Shown here in pieces: positions 18,542-26,429 of a DNA stretch of 32,000 nt. How positions within the stretch are numbered: position 1 is the stretch's first letter; every line of letters starts with the position of its first letter. The position numbers were made by a program, and so were the translations under genes. Source of the DNA: Candidatus Saccharimonadota bacterium (GTDB taxonomy: Bacteria; Patescibacteriota; Gracilibacteria; UBA4473); NCBI GenBank assembly GCA_965228485.1, contig OZ245819.1:540001-572000 (forward strand), given 5' to 3'. The notes under the pieces were generated by a model. That model ran no database searches. It was not told the origin of the DNA and saw nothing but the letters and a program-made list of their open reading frames with translations.

Positions 18542-18850
18542 TTACATATCGAGCTCTGTATTGGACAGAACAATTCGACTTCTATTTTTGTCCATATAGT
18601 GCAAAAGTAAAATTATTCCACAAGCCATAACATGCGTTCCATAAATGACGGGCATGGCTATATCTTCAATAACAATTAAGAAATATAGGGCCGCCACCAA
18701 AGAAGCCACGAGCCAAAAGCTATACGTCCAGGCATTAACCGTTCCTTTTCCTCTGAATAGATCAAAAATTGTTGGCATATAAGCCAATAGGCCGAGTAAA
18801 CCAACTACCGCATAAGCCGACGATAACGAAGTAATCAAAACTTCTTTCAT
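18542..18850 (-). CDS. Small 3-TM membrane protein, weakly PQ-loop/SemiSWEET-like
   Basis: About 100 aa with three hydrophobic helices. LAYMPTIFDLFRGKGTVNAWTYSFWLV resembles a PQ-loop with PT in place of PQ. The first ATG is at 18850; the track start at 18859 is a TTG. Confidence 0.45.
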   Translation of the reverse strand: MKEVLITSLSSAYAVVGLLGLLAYMPTIFDLFRGKGTVNAWTYSFWLVASLVAALYFLIVIEDIAMPVIYGTHVMACGIILLLHYMDKNRSRIVLSNTELDM

Positions 18851-18859
18851 GGGACACAA

Positions 18860-19053
18860 AAATTAACAACAAGAGAAAATGTACACTCGGGTCGAACCTG
18901 TTGATCTTTCAACTCATCAACCTCTGTATGGGCGCTTTCTTTAGGTGAAAGCAAAGTATAGTTTTCTCCAGCCGCCGGCGCTTCGCATTGAGCCCATGAC
19001 ACGAATCTGGATTGGCCTGATTATGGGATAAATTTTATTACTGTCAAAGAAAT
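18860..19053 (-). ncRNA. Candidate structured RNA or cis-regulatory 5' leader; class unknown
   Basis: Positions 18881-19020 are 69/140 G+C by my count (49%), whereas the other intergenic spacers look much more AT-rich. Local hairpins are AATCTGG/CCTGATT (19004-19022, one mismatch), GCTTTC/GAAAGC (18934-18952) and TTGAT/ATCAA (18901-18920). There are mutually exclusive longer-range pairings, and no ORF of 60 aa or more. Confidence 0.3.
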
Positions 19054-19503
19054 TTAATTACTTTTTTTACGACAACTTTTAGCGTTTTCTACAAAGGATT
19101 TTAGTGATACTGAAGCAATGGCTTCGCCGATAGCTTCTAGACATAAATCGTCCAATTTTTTGAACCGAATACAGCTAGCACCCATATTTAATTTTTTTCC
19201 TGATTTTTCATAACCTAATAGAAATTTTTCTTTTACCTCAGCAAAACAATAAAGTCCGCAGAGATAAATCGCCATATGATTTTTTTGGCTCGCTAAAGCC
19301 ACATACATCAGCGGTTTTTTATTGTAAGTATCTGGATAAATTTCCAGTGGAATTTCATAAGTAATCATTCCCCAGTTCATTACTTCTACAAATCCCTCTG
19401 GTAAATTTCTCAAAATCAAACTCCTTACTGTGGCTATCGCTTCTTGCCGATCTGACGGTATTTCGAGCAAATATTCTTCTACCGTTTTAGCATTACTTTT
19501 CAT
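19054..19503 (-). CDS. DUF1801 (YdhG-like) domain protein
   Basis: KTVEEYLLEIPSDRQEAIATVRSLILRNLPEGFVEVMNWGMITYEI matches the YdhG-like DUF1801 N-terminal pattern. The first ATG is at 19503; the track start at 19509 is a TTG. Confidence 0.6.
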   Translation of the reverse strand: MKSNAKTVEEYLLEIPSDRQEAIATVRSLILRNLPEGFVEVMNWGMITYEIPLEIYPDTYNKKPLMYVALASQKNHMAIYLCGLYCFAEVKEKFLLGYEKSGKKLNMGASCIRFKKLDDLCLEAIGEAIASVSLKSFVENAKSCRKKSN

Positions 19504-19550
19504 CCCCAAAATAATGCCTTTAAAACTGAGGGAAATAAAGTTTTCACCTC

Positions 19551-19579
19551 TTGCTAAAAATGAGAGAAAATGTTATAAT
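19551..19579 (+). promoter_or_regulatory. Strong sigma70-type promoter for the 19591-23006 gene pair
   Basis: TTGCTA (19551-19556), 17-nt spacer ending in TGT (extended -10), TATAAT (19574-19579). It lies 11 nt before the ATG at 19591. Confidence 0.6.
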
Positions 19580-19590
19580 GACCTGATTTT

Positions 19591-19911
19591 ATGAAATCTA
19601 AAATTTTACAGCTCATACAACAGTCAATCTGGCTCACACCAGAGCAGCGATTACGACTAACTAAAGCTGTAAATGAAGATCAGTTAGATTCTGCACAACT
19701 TCAGAAAATAAACTCAATACTTGAGAAGAGCCAAAAAATACAAGAACAAGATAAGTTTAGGCTCTTTCAAAATCATCCAGATGTAAAGTCAGAATTAATC
19801 AAACGACTTGATACAATCATAAAACATCTTCTGCAGGAAAGAGAAATCTATCTCACTAAAACCGAAGAAAATCAAATCAAAACACTTAAAAAACAAATCG
19901 ATAATCTCTAA
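19591..19911 (+). CDS. Small predicted coiled-coil protein, unknown function
   Basis: 106 aa, Q/K/E/L-rich with heptad-like spacing (LQKINSILEKSQKIQEQDK, IKTLKKQIDNL). No TM helix or signal peptide. It ends 2 nt before the next ATG. Confidence 0.6.
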   Translation: MKSKILQLIQQSIWLTPEQRLRLTKAVNEDQLDSAQLQKINSILEKSQKIQEQDKFRLFQNHPDVKSELIKRLDTIIKHLLQEREIYLTKTEENQIKTLKKQIDNL

Positions 19912-19913
19912 CT

Positions 19914-22900
19914 ATGCCTGAACAATTCAGTCAAGAACGCCTTCGAGACACCGCTGAAAAAGTGGAACAAAGGGAGTCTAGTGCTACAGATATTACTGAA
20001 AAACAGGTCTCTAATTATCTCAATAGCCTCGCTAAAAAAATTGAGAATTCTGAAATATCAGAAGAACAAGCACAAAAGCTTTATGCCGAAATTGGTGGCA
20101 TACTCAATGCTTTAGCCGCGGAAAATGGCGATGAGCAATTTGAAGCACACGCTAAAACCTTTCAAGCACAGGTAGATCAATTTTTGGATGAAGCCAATGT
20201 ACCAGGGATAGAACTTGAAACGGTTCCCCATAGTGACATTGAAGGTGAAAAAACTACCGATCCAGATAAACCAGAAGATGCTCCAAAACCAGAAGAAACT
20301 GAAACCAGTGACAGTGAAAAAATCAAGGCCGCTCGTAAAACACTTTACGAGAAAATTGGTGCCAATAAAGAAGGAGGACGTTGGGAAAAGTTTAAAGCAG
20401 GTTTGGTCGATGGAGTTTTGGAAGCGGCTGCTTTTGTTGAAAAATTAATAACTGATCCAATCGGAGCTGTTAAAGAAATAGTCAATGGACTTTGGGAGGC
20501 TGTAAAGAGCCCCATTCAAACTATCAAAGCTATAGGGCAATCTGTTTGGAAAGCTTTAACTAATATATACGAAACTGGAGTGGCAGCATCAGCCGTCGCC
20601 TTAGCGGCTCTAGGGGGTGGAGTAACAGCTGTTATTGTCAAAGGCGTTCGAAAGCTTGTTCCAAAACACATTTCTAAAGGCAATCCCAACAAAGGAACCA
20701 GCACTATTCCAGAGGCAGCAAATGATAACTTGCCTTCTTCTGACCCAGAAATAACAAAGGCTGACAGAATGGAAGTTCCAGTTGAACAGGAATCTTTAAG
20801 AACCGGAACTGATGATTTAACAGTTAATCGTTTTGATCCTGAAGAAATGGCTAGTAATGCCAAGTTAAACCCAATAGCAAGGCAGCAAGCTGCAGCTAAA
20901 GCTATCGGCAGAGAATTAACTCTAGAACAATCACAAGCACTACTTAGAGCTCATGAAATTGGAGCCGGCAAACAGGGGCCGTATACCAAACGAGAATTAG
21001 TAGAAAAACGTCAAGTTCTGATGGAATCAGGTTTTACTAAGGCTGAAGCTAACACGCTTATGGATAAAGGACTTGCGGGAGATTGGGAAAGAATGACGGT
21101 TAGAATTGGCAATCTTGATAGTGTTAAAAGCTTTGATCAATTAGAAGCTTACCTACGACAACTACCGGAAGGAGGTATCCAAGGCAGTGACCACTTCTTT
21201 TCATCTAACGAGCTGATTACATTGGTACGAGAAGTTAAGTCTGGAGAAAAATCAAGCAGCTATATAACCAGAAGTGCTGGACTCCGAGCTAAAGTTGATG
21301 AGCTCCTCGCTAGACCAAGAATGCGAATCGAGGACGTAAAAAGTTTTGGAGAATTAGAAAATATTATTAGGGATCTTCCAGAAGGAGGTCTCCAAGGATC
21401 TGGTAAATTTTTCTCCTCTGAGGAATTATTACAAATCGTTAACCAGGTTGCTGATGGGAAACTCCCTTCTCATTATCTGACAAGAACTAATGGGCTTAGG
21501 GCCAAAGTTGAAGAAATTATCGAACAAAATAAGTTAAGAAAAGCTGCTGCAAGCTTAGATGAAGTTAGAAACTTTTCCCAACTACAAGATTACTTAAGAA
21601 ACTTACCAGAAGGAGGTATTCAAGGTACGGATAAATTTTTTACCTCGGATGAACTATTAGGTATAGTTGACCAAGTAGTAAATGGAGAACTACCGGCTAC
21701 ATATGTAACCAGAACCGGTGGGTTAAGAGATAAGGTAAAGGAAATTATTGATAACAAAAAACCAAGAGTAACACCTCGGAGTTTTGATGACATAACCAAC
21801 TTTGATCAACTTGAAGGCTACTTAAGAAATCTTCCAGAAGGTGGTCTACAGGGATCCAGTGAGTTCTTCAGCTCGGAAGATCTTATCTCCTTAGTCAGAC
21901 AAGTAAGACGAGGAGAACTAGAAGCTACTAGCATCACTCGAACTGGAGGACTTAGACAAAAAGTTCAAGAGTTACAACACCCCGCTCAACGCCCGTCTAG
22001 ATCACATGACTCCCCTGCTAGAAGAGAGCTTGGAATAGACTATAGCGACCTAAGGGCTTCTTTTGAAAGAATTGCACGAGACCCAAATCAACCGGCCCTC
22101 ACTAGAGAGCTACTCTCTGACCCTAATCTTAGACCTGTTGAGGTAGTAAAAATTGGAGACCAAGAGTTCTTCATGAGTAAAGTCATAAAAACACAGGGGC
22201 GAGACCAAGCTCTAATGTATGTAAGATCTGCGGATGGGACCTTTAGACCACGAGTTCTGTACAAATCAAAAAGTGATGGAGGCTGGAGAAGCTCTCCTGG
22301 TTATGATCCAAGAGGAATATACAGTAAAGGAAATGGCATTCATTATACTCAAGAAACTAAACCTCATAATGATATCGTCGGTTATCTTGAAAGAAATGCT
22401 GATAATTATGCCCGGTATCAAGGAGATCTAATATCCGATAGATTTAATTTTGGCGATGACAATATGAGATCTGTGTACACTTATAACCGAGAAGTATCTC
22501 GCTATAATGATCGTGGAGCCCTTGGACAATTCCAAGAACACAGCCCAGGGCAAGGTCTACCCCAGGGACGAGGACCTGATATATTCCGATCGCTTAATTT
22601 TGCTGATCCTCGCCTTAAAGGATTCTTGCCCGACTTTAGATCACCTTCAAAAACAACCAAACAAAACCACACCCTCTTAGGTGACATCACCATTGAATCA
22701 TATCCAGCAACTCTAAATGGAAGAAGAATCGAGTGGAATATGGCGTATGACTCCTCTGGCAGAGTGTGGGTAGATGGTATTAGATTCACTGATAGTGACA
22801 TAAATAGTTATGGTGTTCCTGGAGAAGTAATAGATAGTGGCTTACTCACCAATAAACCCATTGAATATAATCAACAAACTGGCGGATTTATCCAAGGAAG

Positions 22901-23006
22901 AGACTCAATCCCGTTTAATCGAAGTTATTCAGATATTACTCCGTTACTAGACAATCTACTTCCTATCAGACAATTTCGTCAAGCTAGAGGCATTCATCGA
23001 TCTTAA
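19914..23006 (+). CDS. Large (1030 aa) cysteine-free protein: acidic N-terminus, one hydrophobic segment, four tandem ~72-aa modules, unassigned ~335-aa C-terminal domain
   Basis: Uninterrupted ORF. The hydrophobic segment GVAASAVALAALGGGVTAVIV is aa 222-242 (nt 20577-20639). Tandem modules span nt 21114-21977. I found no HExxH, GxSxG, P-loop or other catalytic motif and no Cys in the translation. Confidence 0.85.
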   Translation: MPEQFSQERLRDTAEKVEQRESSATDITEKQVSNYLNSLAKKIENSEISEEQAQKLYAEIGGILNALAAENGDEQFEAHAKTFQAQVDQFLDEANVPGIELETVPHSDIEGEKTTDPDKPEDAPKPEETETSDSEKIKAARKTLYEKIGANKEGGRWEKFKAGLVDGVLEAAAFVEKLITDPIGAVKEIVNGLWEAVKSPIQTIKAIGQSVWKALTNIYETGVAASAVALAALGGGVTAVIVKGVRKLVPKHISKGNPNKGTSTIPEAANDNLPSSDPEITKADRMEVPVEQESLRTGTDDLTVNRFDPEEMASNAKLNPIARQQAAAKAIGRELTLEQSQALLRAHEIGAGKQGPYTKRELVEKRQVLMESGFTKAEANTLMDKGLAGDWERMTVRIGNLDSVKSFDQLEAYLRQLPEGGIQGSDHFFSSNELITLVREVKSGEKSSSYITRSAGLRAKVDELLARPRMRIEDVKSFGELENIIRDLPEGGLQGSGKFFSSEELLQIVNQVADGKLPSHYLTRTNGLRAKVEEIIEQNKLRKAAASLDEVRNFSQLQDYLRNLPEGGIQGTDKFFTSDELLGIVDQVVNGELPATYVTRTGGLRDKVKEIIDNKKPRVTPRSFDDITNFDQLEGYLRNLPEGGLQGSSEFFSSEDLISLVRQVRRGELEATSITRTGGLRQKVQELQHPAQRPSRSHDSPARRELGIDYSDLRASFERIARDPNQPALTRELLSDPNLRPVEVVKIGDQEFFMSKVIKTQGRDQALMYVRSADGTFRPRVLYKSKSDGGWRSSPGYDPRGIYSKGNGIHYTQETKPHNDIVGYLERNADNYARYQGDLISDRFNFGDDNMRSVYTYNREVSRYNDRGALGQFQEHSPGQGLPQGRGPDIFRSLNFADPRLKGFLPDFRSPSKTTKQNHTLLGDITIESYPATLNGRRIEWNMAYDSSGRVWVDGIRFTDSDINSYGVPGEVIDSGLLTNKPIEYNQQTGGFIQGRDSIPFNRSYSDITPLLDNLLPIRQFRQARGIHRS
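21114..21977 (+). repeat. Four tandem protein-level repeats (71-76 aa each) inside the 1030-aa ORF
   Basis: Module starts are at nt 21114, 21327, 21555 and 21783 (aa 401, 472, 548, 624). Consensus: [SN]F.QLE.YLR.LPEGG[IL]QG[ST]..FF[ST]S.EL...V.QV..GELP..Y.TRT.GLR.KV.E. The DNA copies differ at most synonymous positions. Confidence 0.9.
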
Positions 23007-23398
23007 GCTGTAAAATCCCCTCTTCGTCTCCAGAGAATCGTTCCAAAACTTCCCACTAGAGCTAAGAAAAGAATAATTCGAATATAGTCTTTATTGTACA
23101 TAAAGAGGTCAAACCACTCTTTCATTCCCAGAGAACTATTCTGAAAAAAGACCGTCAACATCCAGATATACCCTAAAACAAAAAGACCGAAAAAAGCACA
23201 GGTGAGATAGTACGCCCATTTTTTGTGTTTCAAAAGTCCCCAGGCCAAAACTGGATTCAGTAGAAAGAGCAATAAAACGTAATCCGTCCAAGAAATCAAA
23301 CCATCAGAACTAAAATACGCCAATCCCACTAAAGCCGATACTCCACACAAAACCAGCGCTACGAACCAGAGCCCATAATCGATTGAATTTTTCTTCAT
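23003..23398 (-). CDS. Small polytopic membrane protein, unknown function
   Basis: 131 aa with four hydrophobic helices. Its stop shares the TTAA tetranucleotide with the convergent 1030-aa gene. Confidence 0.6.
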   Translation of the reverse strand: MKKNSIDYGLWFVALVLCGVSALVGLAYFSSDGLISWTDYVLLLFLLNPVLAWGLLKHKKWAYYLTCAFFGLFVLGYIWMLTVFFQNSSLGMKEWFDLFMYNKDYIRIILFLALVGSFGTILWRRRGDFTA

Positions 23399-23410
23399 AC
23401 GAATAGTGTA

Positions 23411-23938
23411 CTACTCAACAGGATTTTTTTCCAAAATTTCTACCAATTGGTAAACATATTCTCCCATATCTAGAAGTTCTTCTTCTCGTTTGTACTTCTC
23501 AATTTTTAGTTTGTAGTTATACCCTGGCTCATATTCAAAGTCATCAATCCAGTCTGGAAAAGGTTTGCCATCAACGACCATACAAATTCTTCTAAAGGCA
23601 TTGCAATCTACCATTTCTGGACCGACCGTAACGATCATTTCTTCCCAAGGAACTTCAGACTCCGTATCGACCATTACTCGACATTCTGGGTCTTCCATAA
23701 TTTCACATTTGATTTTTGTACACCCTGCAAGTTTCTGGTCTTCCACCATACATTCATTACAACCATCAAACCATACCATGCATCCTTCTGGAATTTTTGT
23801 TGGCTCGGTTGTTACCGTGATTGGAGTTACGGTCACAACTGGTTCTGGAGTAGTTGAAGTTTTGCCCATTTCGACCTGATTACAAGCCGTTAAAAATAAA
23901 AGCCCCAAAACGAGTAAAAGATTTTTCATCCACTCCAT
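23411..23938 (-). CDS. Cys-rich lipoprotein with a DUF4377-like C-terminal domain
   Basis: NLLLVLGLLFLTAC lipobox (alternative start at 23929, MKNLLL). The C-terminal VDCNAFRRICMVVDGKPFPDWIDDFEYEPGYNYKLKIEKY...YVYQLVEILEK resembles the DUF4377 pattern (GF.YEPGY.Y.L.V). Confidence 0.5.
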   Translation of the reverse strand: MEWMKNLLLVLGLLFLTACNQVEMGKTSTTPEPVVTVTPITVTTEPTKIPEGCMVWFDGCNECMVEDQKLAGCTKIKCEIMEDPECRVMVDTESEVPWEEMIVTVGPEMVDCNAFRRICMVVDGKPFPDWIDDFEYEPGYNYKLKIEKYKREEELLDMGEYVYQLVEILEKNPVE

Positions 23939-23958
23939 ACTAAAGCAAAATTATCGAA

Positions 23959-24495
23959 TTAACCAACTCTTCGACGTTCAGTCGGTACAAAGAGCAAAAT
24001 AGCATCAGGCACTTCATCAATAAATCGCCCAAAAAGCATTTCATGATTGGCAGTTGGATGCATTATTTGGTAACGAGCTACTCGCTCCAGACCTTTTTCG
24101 ATATCGGGTTTGAGGACTTCTACAAAATCTTTATTCGGAAACTTGTTGATAATTTCACAAACATATCGCATGAATTTGAACATCTCAAAAACTCCCTGTT
24201 TATCTGGACTATCCGCTTCGTTCCAACGAACACCAAACCGATCAAAATACTGAGTGACCATCTGCCCCGATCCATGACAGTCAAATTTCTGACAGGCTTC
24301 CCAACCCATTTGGTCAAGCACAGCATGAATTCTACAGCCTGTTCCAAGGCAGGCTTTGTCAAGATTTGGACAGGCTTCTCCTGATTCGCAGTGGCTTGGA
24401 TATCCACTTTCTTCTTTTCTACTCAGCGCGACACAACAGAGTGCATCACAGTTACTACAATCGGCTTCAAATTTATCTGGCAATTTAAGACTCAT
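23959..24495 (-). CDS. Cys-rich putative metal/Fe-S binding protein (YkgJ/CxxCxxCC-like)
   Basis: CSNCDALCCV near the N-terminus, followed by EACPNLDKACLGTGCRIHAVLDQMGWEACQKFDCHG. This resembles the UPF0153/YkgJ Cys arrangement, with one extra residue in the first motif. Confidence 0.45.
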   Translation of the reverse strand: MSLKLPDKFEADCSNCDALCCVALSRKEESGYPSHCESGEACPNLDKACLGTGCRIHAVLDQMGWEACQKFDCHGSGQMVTQYFDRFGVRWNEADSPDKQGVFEMFKFMRYVCEIINKFPNKDFVEVLKPDIEKGLERVARYQIMHPTANHEMLFGRFIDEVPDAILLFVPTERRRVG

Positions 24496-24518
24496 CTAAT
24501 GTTCGGTTAATTTTTTTC

Positions 24519-24546
24519 AAAAAAAGAGAGGACTCATAGTCCCCTC
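24519..24546 (-). terminator. Rho-independent terminator after typA
   Basis: The minus strand reads GAGGGGAC UAUGA GUCCUCUC UUUUUUU. The imperfect pair is G-U on the minus strand only. Confidence 0.7.
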
Positions 24547-24575
24547 TTTATTATTTTCATTGGTATTCTGGAGAT

Positions 24576-26369
24576 CTATCTATTCCTTTTACGCTCATGT
24601 TCTTTGAGGAACTTTTTCCGGAGACGGATATTTTCTGGAGTGACTTCAACGTATTCGTCTTCTTTAATGTATTCGAGCGCCGTTTCGAGCGTTACTTCGA
24701 TTGGTGGTATGAGGTTAATCGCATCATCGGCTCCACTCGATCGTACGTTCGTGAGTTGTTTTCCTTTAGTTGCATTTACGGTTAGGTCTGATCCTTGGTT
24801 GTGTTCTCCAATAATCATTCCTTCGTAAATTTTTGTCGCAGGGTGGATAAAGATTGGCCCTCGTTCTTGAAGTTTCCAGAGCGAGTAAGCAATCGCTTCT
24901 CCCGTTTCTCCTGAGATAAGTGATCCTACTTGTCGTCTGTCAATCGCTCCAACATGCGGCGCAAAATGAGAGAATGAAGCAAACATTGTCCCTTCTCCTT
25001 TGGTCAGGATGATAAAGTTTGATCGAATCCCAAGCAGTCCTCGAGCGGGCATTTCGAATTCCAACATCGTGTTTCCGTTTTCGGCCACCATATTTTTCAT
25101 TTCTCCTTTTCGTTTCCCCATCATTTCGATCACTTTTCCAGAAACTTCATCTGGAACATTGATCACGACTTGTTCGATTGGTTCGTGTTGAACTCCATCG
25201 ACGTCCTGCATTACAACTTCTGGTTGAGAAACCTGAAGTTCAAATCCTTCTCTTCGCATAGTTTCGATTAGTACCGCCAAGTGCATTTCTCCTCGTCCAA
25301 GGACTTTGAACCGATCTGAGTTTTCTGGGAATTCGACCTTTAGTCCTACGTTGGTTTCGAGTTCTTTTTCGAGTCGATCTCGAATTTGCCGAGACGTCAC
25401 CATTTTTCCTTCTTGCCCCGCAAACGGAGAATCATTTACCATGAAAGCCATCGATAAGCTTGGTGGGTCTACGGTAATGGCGGGTAGTGGTGAACCGTCA
25501 GCATTCGAAGTGATCGTTTCTCCAACGAAGATATCTTCGATTCCTGCGATCGCCACAATATCTCCCGCGTTAGCGGTGTCGGTTTCGTGTCGCTTCATCC
25601 CTTGGAAGGTGAAGATTTTGGAAATCTTTCCGCTTCGCGCGGAACCGTCAGGTTTAAGCACGGTTACGGTTTGGTTTACTTTGACAATTCCTGAGTGAAC
25701 TCGTCCAACCGCGATTCGCCCAAGGAAACTATCGTAGGCTAGTGTCGCTGGTTGCATTTGAAAATCTGCGTCGGTATTTTGTTCTGACTGTGGTACATGC
25801 TCGAGAACAAAATCCAGTAGTGGGCTAATATCTTTTTTCTCGTCGTTGAGTTCTTTTACGGCAATTCCGTCTCGGGCAATCGCGTACATGTATGGGAAGT
25901 CTAATTGCTCATCTGTCGCTCCTAATTTCACAAATAGATCAAAAACCTGATCAACTACCCAGTCTGGTCGAGCCGCTGGTTTATCGATTTTATTGATGAC
26001 TACGACTACTTTTTTCCCAAGTTCGAGAGATTTTTTAAGGACGAACTTTGTTTGAGGCATTGGTCCTTCGTAGGCATCTACTACTAACACGGTTGTATCT
26101 ACCGTTCGCAGAACCCGTTCTACTTCCGATCCAAAATCGGCATGTCCTGGCGTATCTACAATATTTACTTTTGTCCCTTTGTAATTGATCGCCGCGTTCT
26201 TGGCATAGATCGTAATGCCTCGTTCTTTTTCCTGATCGTTGGAATCCATCGCTCGTTCTTCGATTTGAGCGTGAGCGTCTTTGAGCTCGTCGGCTTTTAG
26301 GAGGGCATCAACCAGGGTTGTTTTCCCATGATCTACGTGGGCAATAATGGCGATATTTCTGATTTCCAT
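24576..26369 (-). CDS. typA: Translational GTPase TypA/BipA
   Basis: IAHVDHGKTTL, DTPGHADF and NKID G-motifs. The EF-G-like domain order, the TypA-specific C-terminal region and the 597-aa length all fit. Confidence 0.95.
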   Translation of the reverse strand: MEIRNIAIIAHVDHGKTTLVDALLKADELKDAHAQIEERAMDSNDQEKERGITIYAKNAAINYKGTKVNIVDTPGHADFGSEVERVLRTVDTTVLVVDAYEGPMPQTKFVLKKSLELGKKVVVVINKIDKPAARPDWVVDQVFDLFVKLGATDEQLDFPYMYAIARDGIAVKELNDEKKDISPLLDFVLEHVPQSEQNTDADFQMQPATLAYDSFLGRIAVGRVHSGIVKVNQTVTVLKPDGSARSGKISKIFTFQGMKRHETDTANAGDIVAIAGIEDIFVGETITSNADGSPLPAITVDPPSLSMAFMVNDSPFAGQEGKMVTSRQIRDRLEKELETNVGLKVEFPENSDRFKVLGRGEMHLAVLIETMRREGFELQVSQPEVVMQDVDGVQHEPIEQVVINVPDEVSGKVIEMMGKRKGEMKNMVAENGNTMLEFEMPARGLLGIRSNFIILTKGEGTMFASFSHFAPHVGAIDRRQVGSLISGETGEAIAYSLWKLQERGPIFIHPATKIYEGMIIGEHNQGSDLTVNATKGKQLTNVRSSGADDAINLIPPIEVTLETALEYIKEDEYVEVTPENIRLRKKFLKEHERKRNR

Positions 26370-26429
26370 ATTTTTGTCATCCTGAGTTCACGAAGGATCT
26401 AATTTCCCGATTAAACTCAAAGTTAAATT

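Noticed and set aside
18884-18900. GGTTCGA (T-loop-like) on the minus strand, suggesting a tRNA or tmRNA fragment
   Set aside because: The flanking 5-nt segments cannot form a T-stem in any register I tried. There is no acceptor stem, D-arm or CCA context.
18901-18920. UGAUGAG...GAAA on the minus strand resembling a hammerhead ribozyme core
   Set aside because: Only 3 nt separate the two conserved boxes, so there is no room for stem II, and no cleavage-site helix is evident. Loose resemblances to twister (CAAUGC...AAGCGCC) and glycine-riboswitch (GGAGA...CACC) elements also failed on the remaining conserved positions.
25306-25698. 130-aa + strand ORF inside typA, plus the other short ORFs opposite typA, infB and the 1030-aa gene
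   Set aside because: They are antisense to unambiguous conserved genes and their translations are Ser/Pro/Thr-rich noise.
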